Origin: Craspedostauros australis
Lineage: Eukaryota
Direction: 5' to 3'
Length of the DNA stretch: 33,621 bases
NCBI GenBank assembly: GCA_030167865.1
Contig: JALAGF010006157.1
Span: forward strand, 1-33,621
Within the stretch, counting starts at the first letter, position 1, and each line of letters opens with the position of its first letter. Position numbers and translations under genes: made by a program. The notes below the pieces were generated by a model. It did no database searches. It was not told where the DNA came from and saw only the letters and a list, made by a program, of their open reading frames with translations. Of the stretch, positions 8,788 through 19,518 are shown in pieces.

Positions 8788-11385
8788 ATGGTGAATGAAT
8801 TCGACCACAACGTCGATGGCGGATACAACCGCCCGAGGCGTCCCCGCGATGCGACAATCACCTATCTGCGCGGGCTGCCTCTAGATGTTCAGATGGCAAC
8901 GGATGAAATCAACGAATACATGGAACGGACGGTCACCGGAGCTTCCAACAGCAATACCGGCAGCAGCCACGACAACAACAATAGCCACGGCTACAAGTAC
9001 GACAACAGCGGCTACGATGATGGGAACTACGATCAAGGGCCGCCCGTGTTTCCGCACGCATTCGCTGCTGCTTTTGCGGCCTTGGATGAGATCCGAAACG
9101 AGGTAGCCTCGTTGGCCGGCGAGGAGCATGGATCGCAAGCCATTGAATTGCTGGCGCACATCACAGCGCCGTACTCGGAGGTCGCTGCTCGTGTTCTTCT
9201 GTCCGGCTGCTCGGGTTACCACCTCCACTTGGCGACGCACCGGTACGGGTCGCACGTGTTGCAGACCATATTGCAGCTCGCCGTGACGTACCGCTCCACG
9301 GACAAGTCCGATCTCACCACGCACGAAGAGTGTCCGCAGTACTCAGATGGGGTGGAGTCGTTGCCCAGCTTGGAGGATCTCGTTCATGGCATGGTGGAGG
9401 AGCTGTCGCCGCATGCCTCCGCGTTGGCGATTCACGTCTGTGGAACGCACGTGCTGAGAACCTTGTTGTGCGTACTGGGCGGCATCAACTTGCTCAGCTC
9501 GCCAGGCAAAGGACCTAACAACGAGTACCGTGGCGTCAGTGGTGCTCTGCTACGTGGCAGGAAGAAGGATAAGAAGAAGAAGAAAAAGAAGAAGCACGTG
9601 GATGGTGCCAGTGGCTCTGCGGCTGATCCGCATGCCGGATTGATGCACATCGAGTACTGTCAGAACTCGCGATTGGGATCCGTTCAGGATGGCATGTTCA
9701 AGGCTCTGGAGACACTGTCCAGCGCGCTGACCGGAGAGACCAGCGATGGTCCGGGTGAATTGCAAACGCTCGCGTGTCATGCGTCAGCCGGGCCATTGCT
9801 GATCGTTCTTCTCCGAGTCTTGACTTACTCGACCGATTCTGCTCGTAACGCGTGGCAGGCTGCACAGGACAGCAACAATGGAACAGCGAATGGCGACGGT
9901 GGTGGCGGCGCCTCGAAACTCTCATCCATTTCTGACTTCCGATTGGGAATCATTCGAGATGAGCCAAAGTTTGAGCTCGATTCGGCAGCTCATGGTCTCG
10001 TGAAGCGCCTGCTCTGCTGGAGAGACGACGTGGGCGACGGCAACCGGGATGGCCAGCAGAAGGATGTTGGGGATGTCCTCTACGGACTCTCTGGTGAACC
10101 GCGCGGGTCACACGTATTCGAAACGATTCTGAGGATTTCTCCCGACAGCGTCTACGATGACGTGGTCAGATTGGCCGAGTTCGAGAAACCAGAGTCCATG
10201 CAGGAGTACAGCGAGCACGAGGTGAGCAACTTTGTCATCCAGACGATGCTGTACACGATTCGAAGCAAGGAGCAGGCCGAGGTGATACTAAAGGCTGTGG
10301 AAAGGGTGATCAGCAGCGGACTCGCAATCGATCCAAGGAAACGAAGGCGCGGCATCCTGTGGAGAGCTGTGGAGCTAGCGGCCAAATTCCGCGTGCAGCA
10401 GGACAGCTTGCTCAAGGCGATTCGGCTTGGGTTCGTGGAATTCCTGAAAGCGGACAAGGCTGCAGAAGCGGACAACGACGAAGAGGGCGCTGATGCGGGC
10501 GAAAAGAAAAAGAAGAAGGAACGCAAGAAGGCATCGGCAGTGGATATGCGAGATATCGTGCTGCGTTTGATCAACATCCAGCAGCCCATCAAGGAGGGCG
10601 GAAGGATGGTTGTGGACCCAGCAGGTTGCCGCGCGCTCTACCATCTGCTTCGTTTCGTGCCTCGTCTCTGCGAAGATACGTTGAAATCCATCACCGACGA
10701 TCTTTCCGCCGAAGACCTCGTCAATCTTGCGAAGGACGGTCTTGGCAGCAGATGCATTATTGATGGCATCCTGGATGGCCCAGTCAAGGGGCCCATCTTC
10801 GGCGCAGCCGTGAAGGCCTTGCAGGCCAAGCTCGCTGGCAACTGGGTGCATCTTGCGCTGGACAGAGTGGGACACCATACCGTGAAGAAGACCTTCAATG
10901 CCCTGCCCAAGATTGATGACAAAGCGAGACTGGTGGAGGAGCTGGTCGGCGCCGGCAATAGAATGAACGCAAACTCGATGGGCAAGGCCGTGTCGCAAGA
11001 GTGCGCCATTGAGGACTACCGCGAAGGAAAGAAACACTGGCGGCAGATCATTGTGAAGCGAATCACGAAGGTCGATGACAAGTGGCTGACGCAGCTTTCT
11101 TCATCCTCATCGTCCGATCCTGCCAAACGCAATACTGTTGGTGGAGGCGGTGTCGAAGGAGCACCAGAAACTGCATCGGGTGTTACCGGCGAAACTGCTC
11201 AAGAAGATGGCAACGGGGGCAGCACCGTTCAACCGACCAAAGCCAAGCGAAAACGAAAGCGAAAAAAGTCGGCGGCAGCGGCAGCGGCGGACGATGGTGC
11301 CAACAAGGAGCAGCCAGAATCGGTTGCAAATGACGATAATGAGGGAGATGATGCAGAGCACAAGAGTAAAAGAATTGCTCAGTAA
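8788..11385 (+). CDS. NOP9: Nucleolar protein 9-like (Pumilio/Puf-repeat rRNA-processing protein)
   Basis: First ATG at 8788 within the 884-aa ORF. Puf-like repeats: LATHRYGSHVLQT, HVCGTHVLRT, PRGSHVFET, EVSNFVIQT, GLGSRCIID, LALDRVGHHTVKK, NSMGKAV. Several poly-Lys nucleolar-type signals. Confidence 0.85.
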   Translation: MVNEFDHNVDGGYNRPRRPRDATITYLRGLPLDVQMATDEINEYMERTVTGASNSNTGSSHDNNNSHGYKYDNSGYDDGNYDQGPPVFPHAFAAAFAALDEIRNEVASLAGEEHGSQAIELLAHITAPYSEVAARVLLSGCSGYHLHLATHRYGSHVLQTILQLAVTYRSTDKSDLTTHEECPQYSDGVESLPSLEDLVHGMVEELSPHASALAIHVCGTHVLRTLLCVLGGINLLSSPGKGPNNEYRGVSGALLRGRKKDKKKKKKKKHVDGASGSAADPHAGLMHIEYCQNSRLGSVQDGMFKALETLSSALTGETSDGPGELQTLACHASAGPLLIVLLRVLTYSTDSARNAWQAAQDSNNGTANGDGGGGASKLSSISDFRLGIIRDEPKFELDSAAHGLVKRLLCWRDDVGDGNRDGQQKDVGDVLYGLSGEPRGSHVFETILRISPDSVYDDVVRLAEFEKPESMQEYSEHEVSNFVIQTMLYTIRSKEQAEVILKAVERVISSGLAIDPRKRRRGILWRAVELAAKFRVQQDSLLKAIRLGFVEFLKADKAAEADNDEEGADAGEKKKKKERKKASAVDMRDIVLRLINIQQPIKEGGRMVVDPAGCRALYHLLRFVPRLCEDTLKSITDDLSAEDLVNLAKDGLGSRCIIDGILDGPVKGPIFGAAVKALQAKLAGNWVHLALDRVGHHTVKKTFNALPKIDDKARLVEELVGAGNRMNANSMGKAVSQECAIEDYREGKKHWRQIIVKRITKVDDKWLTQLSSSSSSDPAKRNTVGGGGVEGAPETASGVTGETAQEDGNGGSTVQPTKAKRKRKRKKSAAAAAADDGANKEQPESVANDDNEGDDAEHKSKRIAQ

Positions 11386-11815
11386 TCGTGGTAGCGAAGC
11401 AAGGCACGTTGTTTCCGGCAATCTCTCCCTGCGTCGTTGGACACAGGCCACAGCAGGTCCTCTCTGGAGAGAGAGTGTAGCGTCCCTCTCATTTCTTTTG
11501 GGTGGATTTCTACAAGCGTCTAACTACGCCTATGGCACGTTCGTTCTGCTCCACAACAACATGCGGGCGAAAGTACAACATAGAGCCGAAGTAATTCCTC
11601 CTTTTTTAGTGCGCGACTTTGTGTCGTAGTATGGTGTGTACGGCTATGGTACCGATCTTGCGTTGTAATACTCCGATCTGATCTGATCTTGTCTTCATGA
11701 TACCCTTCTGGTATTGCGTTGACCTGATGGAAGATCACGAGGAACTCACTCACAATGAAACTACACCACCAATAGTATGCGCACCCAATACTGGGAGGGA
11801 GAAAGGAAGAGCACG

Positions 11816-14800
11816 CTAAGGGATGGCGTACACCGAACGGCCAATCGCGGATTCCTCTCGGATGACCCAAGACTTGTGATGGTTGCTGGAAACCATGACA
11901 CCAGGCAGCACGATCTTTCCAACGCGTGTTGCGATCGCGGTGTAGGAGAGGAGCTGGCTTTCGTTGGGACCCAGTTTGATTTCACCGTTCATGAGGCCTG
12001 AAATCAAGACACCAGAATCGACGCTGCCTCCCTGATCAGAGTCGCTGCCTTTGACGAAGACGGAGAGCGTCTGGTTCGTGCCAGTCTTGTTTGTGATTCT
12101 GTAGACGACATCGAATGGAAGCGCGATGGTGGGCGACGATGGAAGACATTCAACGATGGCCTCGAAAGGTGCTTTCTCAACGTAGCAAGGCGGACCACGG
12201 AATCCACAGTGCGATTCGTCGGAAAGGACCAACGGCCCGTGCGTTCCAAACTCAGTCCCAGGATTGTCGAGCGCGTCTTGGGGCAGCGGGAGGGGAATGG
12301 GCGACCAATTCACATGCAGCGCACCAAGCGAGGCACGGGTATGATCGCTGCCGACGCTAATGCCATCGGACATGGTGGCTTGCGATGTCCACACCGCCGC
12401 GAATTTGGATCCCAAACCAAGCTTCCTTGTTGCATCACTGTCAGTGGCCTCGAAGATGACGGACGATGATCCATCCGCATCACGACTGCCGCTGACGGCC
12501 CTGAAATTGCACGATGAGCTTTCGTCTCTCCGACTGTCAAAGCGCACCTTGTTGATCTGCACCGGCATGCTGTCACCAGCCACAGCAGCTTCCAAGATAC
12601 ATCGTGTGCTGAACTTCTCGCCATCCACCACCACGATCTCATTAGACGGAGCTACTTGACCACCTTCTGTGGGGGCGGTCTCGTTGATTGCATTTGTTGG
12701 ATGCCGGTTGCCAGATGGATGTGCCAGTTTTCGACCCTGCACAAAGTTGGCAATCAAAGGAACATTCCAAAACATCGATGTACTGAACTCCAGCCGCACG
12801 ATGTCCTCGGCAGGTTCTGCCGCTGCCTTGCTTCCTTGTGCATCCGGCGTATCACCATTGCCTCTCCCAGCTGCCGCAGCGTTGGTGTTGGGTCGGGCAC
12901 GCGCCCTTCTACGCGCTGGCATCTTCTTTTTCTTGTTGGTCTTGCGTTCTTGCTGGTAGCAAATGGAAACATCGACATCGGTCTGGCACATTGCGCTGTT
13001 GTAGATCTCGTCAGCTGGTACGTCCTCGCCTGTGTTCTCGGCGTTGCCTGCAATCGTTGGGGAAGGACGGTACAGATGAAAGCAGGCATAGGTGGTGCCG
13101 TCGGCCTGAAGCGGCGGCAGATCAATTTCGAGTCCATCAGTATCTGCTTGGCTCTGATCAACCAACGCCCATCCAGCTGGAACGTCGTATCCGTAGTTGG
13201 TTGCGGAGGACTGTGCCGCAGGGTCCGCCTTCACGAGGATCGGCGTTCGAACTGCAGCGTCCGTCATGCCCACGACATTGTCAGCCCCATCTGCGGAACC
13301 CTTGATCTTCATGGTCTTGCCCATCTTTGTGACGAGGAGACTGACGCACTTGACTTGCAACTTGATGTTGGTGCACTTTTCAGTAGGCCCGGATTGAAGC
13401 CTCAACACGACACGATTGACGGTACCTTCCAGCAGCTTGCCGCTGGTCACGGCTTCTGTGATGTTGATGATCACCATGCTGGCTGCCGGTGTGAGAACGC
13501 GCAAGCATCTTGGACCATGCTCGAATGGCAAATGCTTCGGCCGTGTCCATGCGGATGCGATGTAATTGTCCTCCTCGAACGGCGTTCGCTTGATGTTCGC
13601 AGCGGTCTTTGGTTGCTTCTTCTCGATTGTGAGTTCGATTTGGCACCCCTTGCCGTGCGTGGCCGCCTCAACGTACAGAGGGTAGAAGACCAGCCGCATG
13701 CCATCGCAACGCAACGGTTTCCCACCAAGGCACTTGTTGCTCCACTGCGCGTTACGGGGTCGGCCGAAGGAGTTGCCAAATTCGTCCTCGGACAACATCC
13801 TCGCGCCAGCCGCGGCTGTGATGCCGCCCATGCGAGGTCGAGCTGTCTTGGCGAATGACCCTTTACCTGCCACACCCTGCTTCTGCCCGCCGTTGCCGCT
13901 CTCATCGATCGCGATGCGTTCCAAGTCCTTTGGCAGATCGATGTGGGTGGAAACCCACACTTCTGTTTTGGCCTGCACGATGATTCCGCCGTCGTTTCCG
14001 ACGTTGGCGTTCTTGGCGCTGAGAAGATCGTTCGACGGGACGCCGATCTCGCCCGCCATGCTCAGCAATGTGACGGAGTTGATATGAACCGCATAGTCCA
14101 GGTTGGACTTGATGAGAATGCTGGCCTGAACGGAGTCGCCGGCGGTGGCGTGGGTTCGTCGTGGGAATGTGACAGCGAATGAGAATGGAAGGCTGGAATC
14201 AGCTTCGTTGATGCAGTCGCGGTACCATTGTATTTTTTCGGATTCGATGAGGGACGAGAATCGTTCCAGGGCGCGTTGCAGGTTGCTGTTGGACATCTGC
14301 GCGTTGAAGTACGAATCCAGAATTATTGATGCGATGGACTGGCCGGTTTCGTCGCCGTCATCGTCGCTTTGGGAGGGGATATGTTTCTCGTAGCACTCGA
14401 TCAGCATGCGTCGAATCGCCAGCTCCAGCACGTCCCAACCCTTGGAATACTTGACCGCCTTTTGGAGGTGAGGAATGGCCTCGCTGTGTCGTTCGAGGCC
14501 GAGAAGGATCCCACCGGCAAGATAGTGCATGCGAGCACCGGATCTGCTCCACGAATCGTCTTGGTACATCGCCACATCCTTCTTCGCCTTTTGGATGTCC
14601 TGGTCGAAGAGGGCGATGGCGCGTTGGACGCAATCGAGCGCCTGCTCGCGATGATTCTTGGTGGACTCCTCGCGGTAGAGAGTTGTAAATCCTTCTTTCG
14701 CGACGCTGCCCACGAATCGTGGCTTGCGCTTCTGAACCTTGCGTTCTGCACCAGTCAGATCCGCTTGGTCAGCACCCGTTGGCGCAACGTCGTCCTCATC

Positions 14801-17140
14801 ACCGCCTGCGATGCTGCTGCCTCCATTGCCGTCACCCTGCTTCAAGTGTGCGCTGAGCTGCAGCAACGCCTCCGCAGCGGCTTCGTATGTCCTCCAGGAG
14901 GAGCAGCGCATGAGGACTTCTTCCAGTTCCCTGTTGTTCTTGTTTTTGGCTTTCGCGGCAGGGTTGACAGGCTTGCCTGCGACGGAGAGTTCTGCAAGGG
15001 CGCGGGGTGGGTTGCGTTCCAGCAGCTGGCTGATCATGGTGCGCTGCCTGGAGACGTACAGCCAGTCCTGCCACAGCATGGAGGCGTCGGTTCCCAAGAA
15101 GCTCCTGCGCGGGTTGCAAAATGTTTGACAATGGCGCTGCCACTGGTACGCCGCAGCCAAGATTCCGCCCTGCGTACGCGAAGCAAAGCCGGCATGCACG
15201 AGCTTGAAGTTGAGCCAGTCGGCCATGGCACGGCATTGGTAGACCATGTCCTCCGGTGGCGGAGGCGGCGTTAACTTCGGACCGTCGGCGTTGGGGATGG
15301 ACAATTCGATTCCTTCACCGCCGTCCGCACCTGATGTATTTGAATGTTCAGCGGCTGGATTCCAGATGTTGATCTCGCCCTGCTTCGCGGTGGCTGTGCC
15401 TGCCCCTTGGCCGTCCTTGTTGGTCGCATCGTTGGAGGCGCCATCGTCATTGCCGGCATCACCGCGATGCTGAAGCAGGAATCGAAAGTAATTCTCCACG
15501 TGACGGTAGGCCTCCGCGAAGAATCGCAGGGACTTCTCGTGCTTGAATTGGAATTCGTAGTAGACGGCGATCTTGAAGCAGTAGCGGATGGTGAGCGGAA
15601 GGAGGAGGGATGTGGCGCGGTCGTCGCCGAGACGGTGCAGCTTGCGTTTGCACCCCCTCGCCTGGTTGAGGTAGTACTCCAAGGAGTCGGTTTGGATGGT
15701 CTTGTGGAGCCTGCGCAACATGGAGGATGTGGGCATGTCCTGCTGCAGATCTGTGGTGACTTTGAGCAACGTGATGGGGTGGGCGTTGCCCGTCTCGTCG
15801 AAGATCTTGTTGCTCATGGACTGCGTCCATTGGTCGGCCTGGATCTCGCTGGTGCCCGGCTGGACCAAGCCGACGACGTGTATCTTGCAGTCGCGCTTGG
15901 ATGCCATGCAGTGCTGGATGTTGTTGAGGGTCTGAAGCAGGTGATCATCCTGGTCGCTCTGAGCGGAATTGAGCTCCGTCGCGCTCTGCACGCCTTGGAC
16001 CTGCGCGACGACGAGGAGGACGCTGGGCAACGCATGGGTGTGCTTCTCCAGCCACCCGGATGGGAGGATTCCGGCGATGGGATTCGTGCAGAGCTCGTCG
16101 TAAAGCTCCCGCGCCTGCATGCTCCTGCCCTGCGCGAACCGCTCGATGAGGTTTTCGTCGCCAGAGGGGTCCTTGGAGGGCGGGAAGCCATGGCGGGTGG
16201 AGATGGGAACAACGCGCGCTCTCTGGAAGAATCCCTCGCCGTGCTGCAGCGCCCTGGCATAGGATGTGTCGGTGGGCAGATACTTGTTGATGAGGGAGTT
16301 GGTTCCTTTTCCGTTGCCTCTGCTGTTGCCTCTGCCGTTGCCTCTGCTGCTGCTTCCGCTGCCGTGCTGGTTGCTGCCTCCACCATGATGCGGCGCGTTG
16401 GCGTTGGCGCTGTTGGAGGGATTGAGCATGCCCACGATGGTGGCGTTGTTGGCCCCATTGCCACCACCACCGCCGCCGTCCTTGCCGAGTTCCTTGTTGC
16501 TGCCGCCCAGACCGCTGAGGCCCCTGCCGATCCTGCGCGGCAATCCCAAGGGCAGGGTCGGCGAACCGAATCCCTTGCGGCCGGAGGAGTTGACCCGCAT
16601 CCTGTTGCCCTGCTGGCTGAAGTCGAACCTGGAGGATGGCATTGCTGCGGGAGACGCGGGGTTTCCGAGGATGTGCTCGTCCTCATCGTCTGAATCCTCG
16701 TCAGGACGGAACAAGGCCATGAGCTCGCCCTTGCCGCGCCGGCTGGAGGTGTCGTTGCCCTGCAGGGGATGGTCGTCCGCGCCGAACTCGCCCTGGTCCG
16801 TCAGCGCACCCGCCATGGCATCGAGGAAGTGTTCGAACTGGCTGCGCGTGGATCCCTTCTTGGATCCCGGCAGAGGAGGTTGGAAGGAAGGCGCCTCGCT
16901 GGGATTGTCGAAGTCGTTCACGTTCGCGGCGCCTGCCTCCGGGTCCTCCTCGTCTGCGGATTGCGCCACGGTCGGCTGGTCGTCGAGTGCCGATTCCGAG
17001 TTTGGAGCGGCTGTCGTCGTCGTCGCGGTGGCTGTATCGGAGGCAGCCGCGCTGGGAGGCACGTCCTTGTGCAACGTCGCGTCCGCGCAGAACACCAGGG
17101 GGAACACCCCCACGAGCAGCTCGCCTGGATATGACTCCAT
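11816..17140 (-). CDS. TRAPPC11: Trafficking protein particle complex subunit 11 (foie gras / gryzun domains)
   Basis: About 1774 aa from the ATG at 17140 (MESYPGELL). Motifs GILPSGWLEKHTHALPSVLLVV, RYCFKIAVYYEF and MADWLNFKL, and a C-terminal Ig-like gryzun-type region (YRITNKT...VLISG...YTAIATRVGKIVLPGV). Confidence 0.85.
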   Translation of the reverse strand: MESYPGELLVGVFPLVFCADATLHKDVPPSAAASDTATATTTTAAPNSESALDDQPTVAQSADEEDPEAGAANVNDFDNPSEAPSFQPPLPGSKKGSTRSQFEHFLDAMAGALTDQGEFGADDHPLQGNDTSSRRGKGELMALFRPDEDSDDEDEHILGNPASPAAMPSSRFDFSQQGNRMRVNSSGRKGFGSPTLPLGLPRRIGRGLSGLGGSNKELGKDGGGGGGNGANNATIVGMLNPSNSANANAPHHGGGSNQHGSGSSSRGNGRGNSRGNGKGTNSLINKYLPTDTSYARALQHGEGFFQRARVVPISTRHGFPPSKDPSGDENLIERFAQGRSMQARELYDELCTNPIAGILPSGWLEKHTHALPSVLLVVAQVQGVQSATELNSAQSDQDDHLLQTLNNIQHCMASKRDCKIHVVGLVQPGTSEIQADQWTQSMSNKIFDETGNAHPITLLKVTTDLQQDMPTSSMLRRLHKTIQTDSLEYYLNQARGCKRKLHRLGDDRATSLLLPLTIRYCFKIAVYYEFQFKHEKSLRFFAEAYRHVENYFRFLLQHRGDAGNDDGASNDATNKDGQGAGTATAKQGEINIWNPAAEHSNTSGADGGEGIELSIPNADGPKLTPPPPPEDMVYQCRAMADWLNFKLVHAGFASRTQGGILAAAYQWQRHCQTFCNPRRSFLGTDASMLWQDWLYVSRQRTMISQLLERNPPRALAELSVAGKPVNPAAKAKNKNNRELEEVLMRCSSWRTYEAAAEALLQLSAHLKQGDGNGGSSIAGGDEDDVAPTGADQADLTGAERKVQKRKPRFVGSVAKEGFTTLYREESTKNHREQALDCVQRAIALFDQDIQKAKKDVAMYQDDSWSRSGARMHYLAGGILLGLERHSEAIPHLQKAVKYSKGWDVLELAIRRMLIECYEKHIPSQSDDDGDETGQSIASIILDSYFNAQMSNSNLQRALERFSSLIESEKIQWYRDCINEADSSLPFSFAVTFPRRTHATAGDSVQASILIKSNLDYAVHINSVTLLSMAGEIGVPSNDLLSAKNANVGNDGGIIVQAKTEVWVSTHIDLPKDLERIAIDESGNGGQKQGVAGKGSFAKTARPRMGGITAAAGARMLSEDEFGNSFGRPRNAQWSNKCLGGKPLRCDGMRLVFYPLYVEAATHGKGCQIELTIEKKQPKTAANIKRTPFEEDNYIASAWTRPKHLPFEHGPRCLRVLTPAASMVIINITEAVTSGKLLEGTVNRVVLRLQSGPTEKCTNIKLQVKCVSLLVTKMGKTMKIKGSADGADNVVGMTDAAVRTPILVKADPAAQSSATNYGYDVPAGWALVDQSQADTDGLEIDLPPLQADGTTYACFHLYRPSPTIAGNAENTGEDVPADEIYNSAMCQTDVDVSICYQQERKTNKKKKMPARRRARARPNTNAAAAGRGNGDTPDAQGSKAAAEPAEDIVRLEFSTSMFWNVPLIANFVQGRKLAHPSGNRHPTNAINETAPTEGGQVAPSNEIVVVDGEKFSTRCILEAAVAGDSMPVQINKVRFDSRRDESSSCNFRAVSGSRDADGSSSVIFEATDSDATRKLGLGSKFAAVWTSQATMSDGISVGSDHTRASLGALHVNWSPIPLPLPQDALDNPGTEFGTHGPLVLSDESHCGFRGPPCYVEKAPFEAIVECLPSSPTIALPFDVVYRITNKTGTNQTLSVFVKGSDSDQGGSVDSGVLISGLMNGEIKLGPNESQLLSYTAIATRVGKIVLPGVMVSSNHHKSWVIREESAIGRSVYAIP

Positions 17141-17831
17141 CCTCACGTGCAACGTGCAACGTGCAATTTACGATGCTTGCACGATGCACGCTCGAACAGG
17201 GTATGTAATAGTAAGTGCGGATGCTCCAACCGTGATGGTCGCTCCTCGTCTTGTGAGGGTGCGCTATGCCACAGGTGAGCTGCGATGTTGTCGTTGTGCC
17301 TGTCAGCAAGCGGGCGATCTTGACGATTCCTGAGTGGTGATCCTTCTTGCTCCCTCCGCGGAAAGAGGCGAGTGGACGGCATCAGGACAGGTGCGGTCAG
17401 AGGCACAAACACCAAGATGTCTCGCATCGTGGAGTTGCCGAGTTCTTCCCCCCTCCTGGAAATTCAAATGCACTGACTTAGCCCCTTTCAAATAGTGTTG
17501 TTCATTGAAGTCCACGGCGAAATGAGAATAATATTCATCAGCGCACATGAAGCAATTTACGTCACGATTGATATAATATTCGAACTGGTAATATACACAA
17601 TAAAGGTTTATGGTAATTTGCCGTGATTCCTATTTCGATGAAACTCACCCAAACGAAGCCAGCCATCCTGTTCGATCGCGTTCTTGATGATGACGCAGAC
17701 ACCATCAACAACAACACACACAACCCAAACACAGCACAGTAGCATCGTATAGTAGCGACATCAACAGTGTCGCAACAGAGGAGCAACAGGGTAGAGTACA
17801 CTATCATAACCTCCGCACTCACTCGTGTGCC

Positions 17832-18827
17832 ATGGCGCCGACAGCATCGATGGCAGCATCGATGGCATCATCAAGGATGACCTCTTCCAGAACAGCAGCG
17901 ACGAGCATTTGCTTCTTCGCCAGACGGACAGCATCCGAATCCATCAGCTTGGGAAGCAGGAGAGCGGGCTTCCACAGCGTGGCTGCAGGAGGCAGACGCC
18001 CGATCTTGGGCGGCCTCCAGTCGAGATCCCCGTTGCTGCATCATGGTGCCGCAGCGAACGCGGTCAATGTCCTGAAATCCTCGTCTCCAACATGGATGGA
18101 GGCCCGTCGCAGCGTCTTCATCCAGACCGAGACGACGCCCAACCCAGAATCCATGAAGTTCGTGCCGTCCGACACAGTCGTCTTGGAAACCACGGAGGAA
18201 AACCCAACGTCGGGATTCTACGTCACCAACTCAGATTCAGCGAGCCAGATCAACCTGTCGCCGCTCGCCCGGAATCTCTTCCGCATCGAGGGCGTCAAGG
18301 CCGTCTACCTCGGCGGAGACTTCGTCACCATCACCAAATTCGCGCAGCACAAATGGCAGATGATGCGCCCGGAGATATTCTCCACCCTCATGGACTTCTT
18401 CGATTCCGATCAACCGGCCCTGCTGGACCAACCGGAGATCACCGACACCACCATACTGGATGACGACGACGAGATCGTGGCCATGATCAAGGAGCTCATG
18501 GAGGCGAGGATCCGTCCGGCGGTGCAGGAAGATGGCGGCGACATCCGCTACATCAACTTCGAGGAGGAGACGGGCTTGGTCACGGTCCAGCTCGCCGGAT
18601 CGTGCGTGGGATGCCCAAGCTCCGCCGTCACGCTGAAGCAGGGCGTGGAGAACATGCTCATGCATTACATTCCGGAAGTCACGTCCGTCGTTGCCTTGGA
18701 GGAAGAGCAAGATGAAATGGTGGCAGGTGGTGTGAGCGATGTCACTGTGGAGCAGACCGAGGCAGTCAAAAAGGACAAGACCTACGAAGAACGGTTGGCG
18801 GCGGCCGGCATTCCTTTCTCGGATTAG
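17832..18827 (+). CDS. NFU1: Mitochondrial NFU1-type Fe-S cluster scaffold/carrier
   Basis: Arg/Ser/Ala-rich presequence. Nfu_N domain ([42 protein letters not shown]) and NifU-C domain ([22 protein letters not shown] Cxx[18 protein letters not shown]). Confidence 0.95.
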   Translation: MAPTASMAASMASSRMTSSRTAATSICFFARRTASESISLGSRRAGFHSVAAGGRRPILGGLQSRSPLLHHGAAANAVNVLKSSSPTWMEARRSVFIQTETTPNPESMKFVPSDTVVLETTEENPTSGFYVTNSDSASQINLSPLARNLFRIEGVKAVYLGGDFVTITKFAQHKWQMMRPEIFSTLMDFFDSDQPALLDQPEITDTTILDDDDEIVAMIKELMEARIRPAVQEDGGDIRYINFEEETGLVTVQLAGSCVGCPSSAVTLKQGVENMLMHYIPEVTSVVALEEEQDEMVAGGVSDVTVEQTEAVKKDKTYEERLAAAGIPFSD

Positions 18828-19518
18828 ACCACAGCAGGGTACGGTGGAGTAGATGAACATTGCGAGTGCGTGTTCGCATGCTGAAACATACTGCTCATCT
18901 CGATGATAATGGCATAGAGTAGTACTGGTCTATGTATGCATACGAGCACGCATGATCCAAAGAGGAGAATCGTCGCATGGAATGCTCAACGCAACATTCA
19001 TACATACATAATATAGTTGTCCATCACAATTGTTTATGACGCTGTGTTGGGCACTTGTCTGCCCCGAGCAAACCCTGAGTACGTATTCTGTTTCATTTCA
19101 TTTTCATTTTGGAGGACACGATGTCCAACCCATCGTTGCTGCGAAGTTGGAGTCCAACTCGGAGATCCGCATCCCAATCGATCGTGAGTGGAGCACAAAG
19201 GAAAGAACGGAAGCCTGCGTTCGGGTGCAGGTTAGCACACAAAACATGATGTTGTGTAGAGTAACATTATAGAATTGAAACTGCTGCAATTTGGTTATGT
19301 ATTTGTGCTTGTTGGTGTTTGCGTTGTGTTTGCTGTCTTCGTCCTGTTGTTCCTTGCACTTATCGATTACGCATGATCCATCCGACCGCGCCATGCATGT
19401 TGCTACACTCAATCATCCGCTCGTTTTGGTGCTTTTCTGCTTCGCTCCACGAGTCCGAGTCTCCAAGACCCAACGTGCTCAAATCCAACCAGCACTTTCT
19501 CTCTCTCTCTGGAGTACT

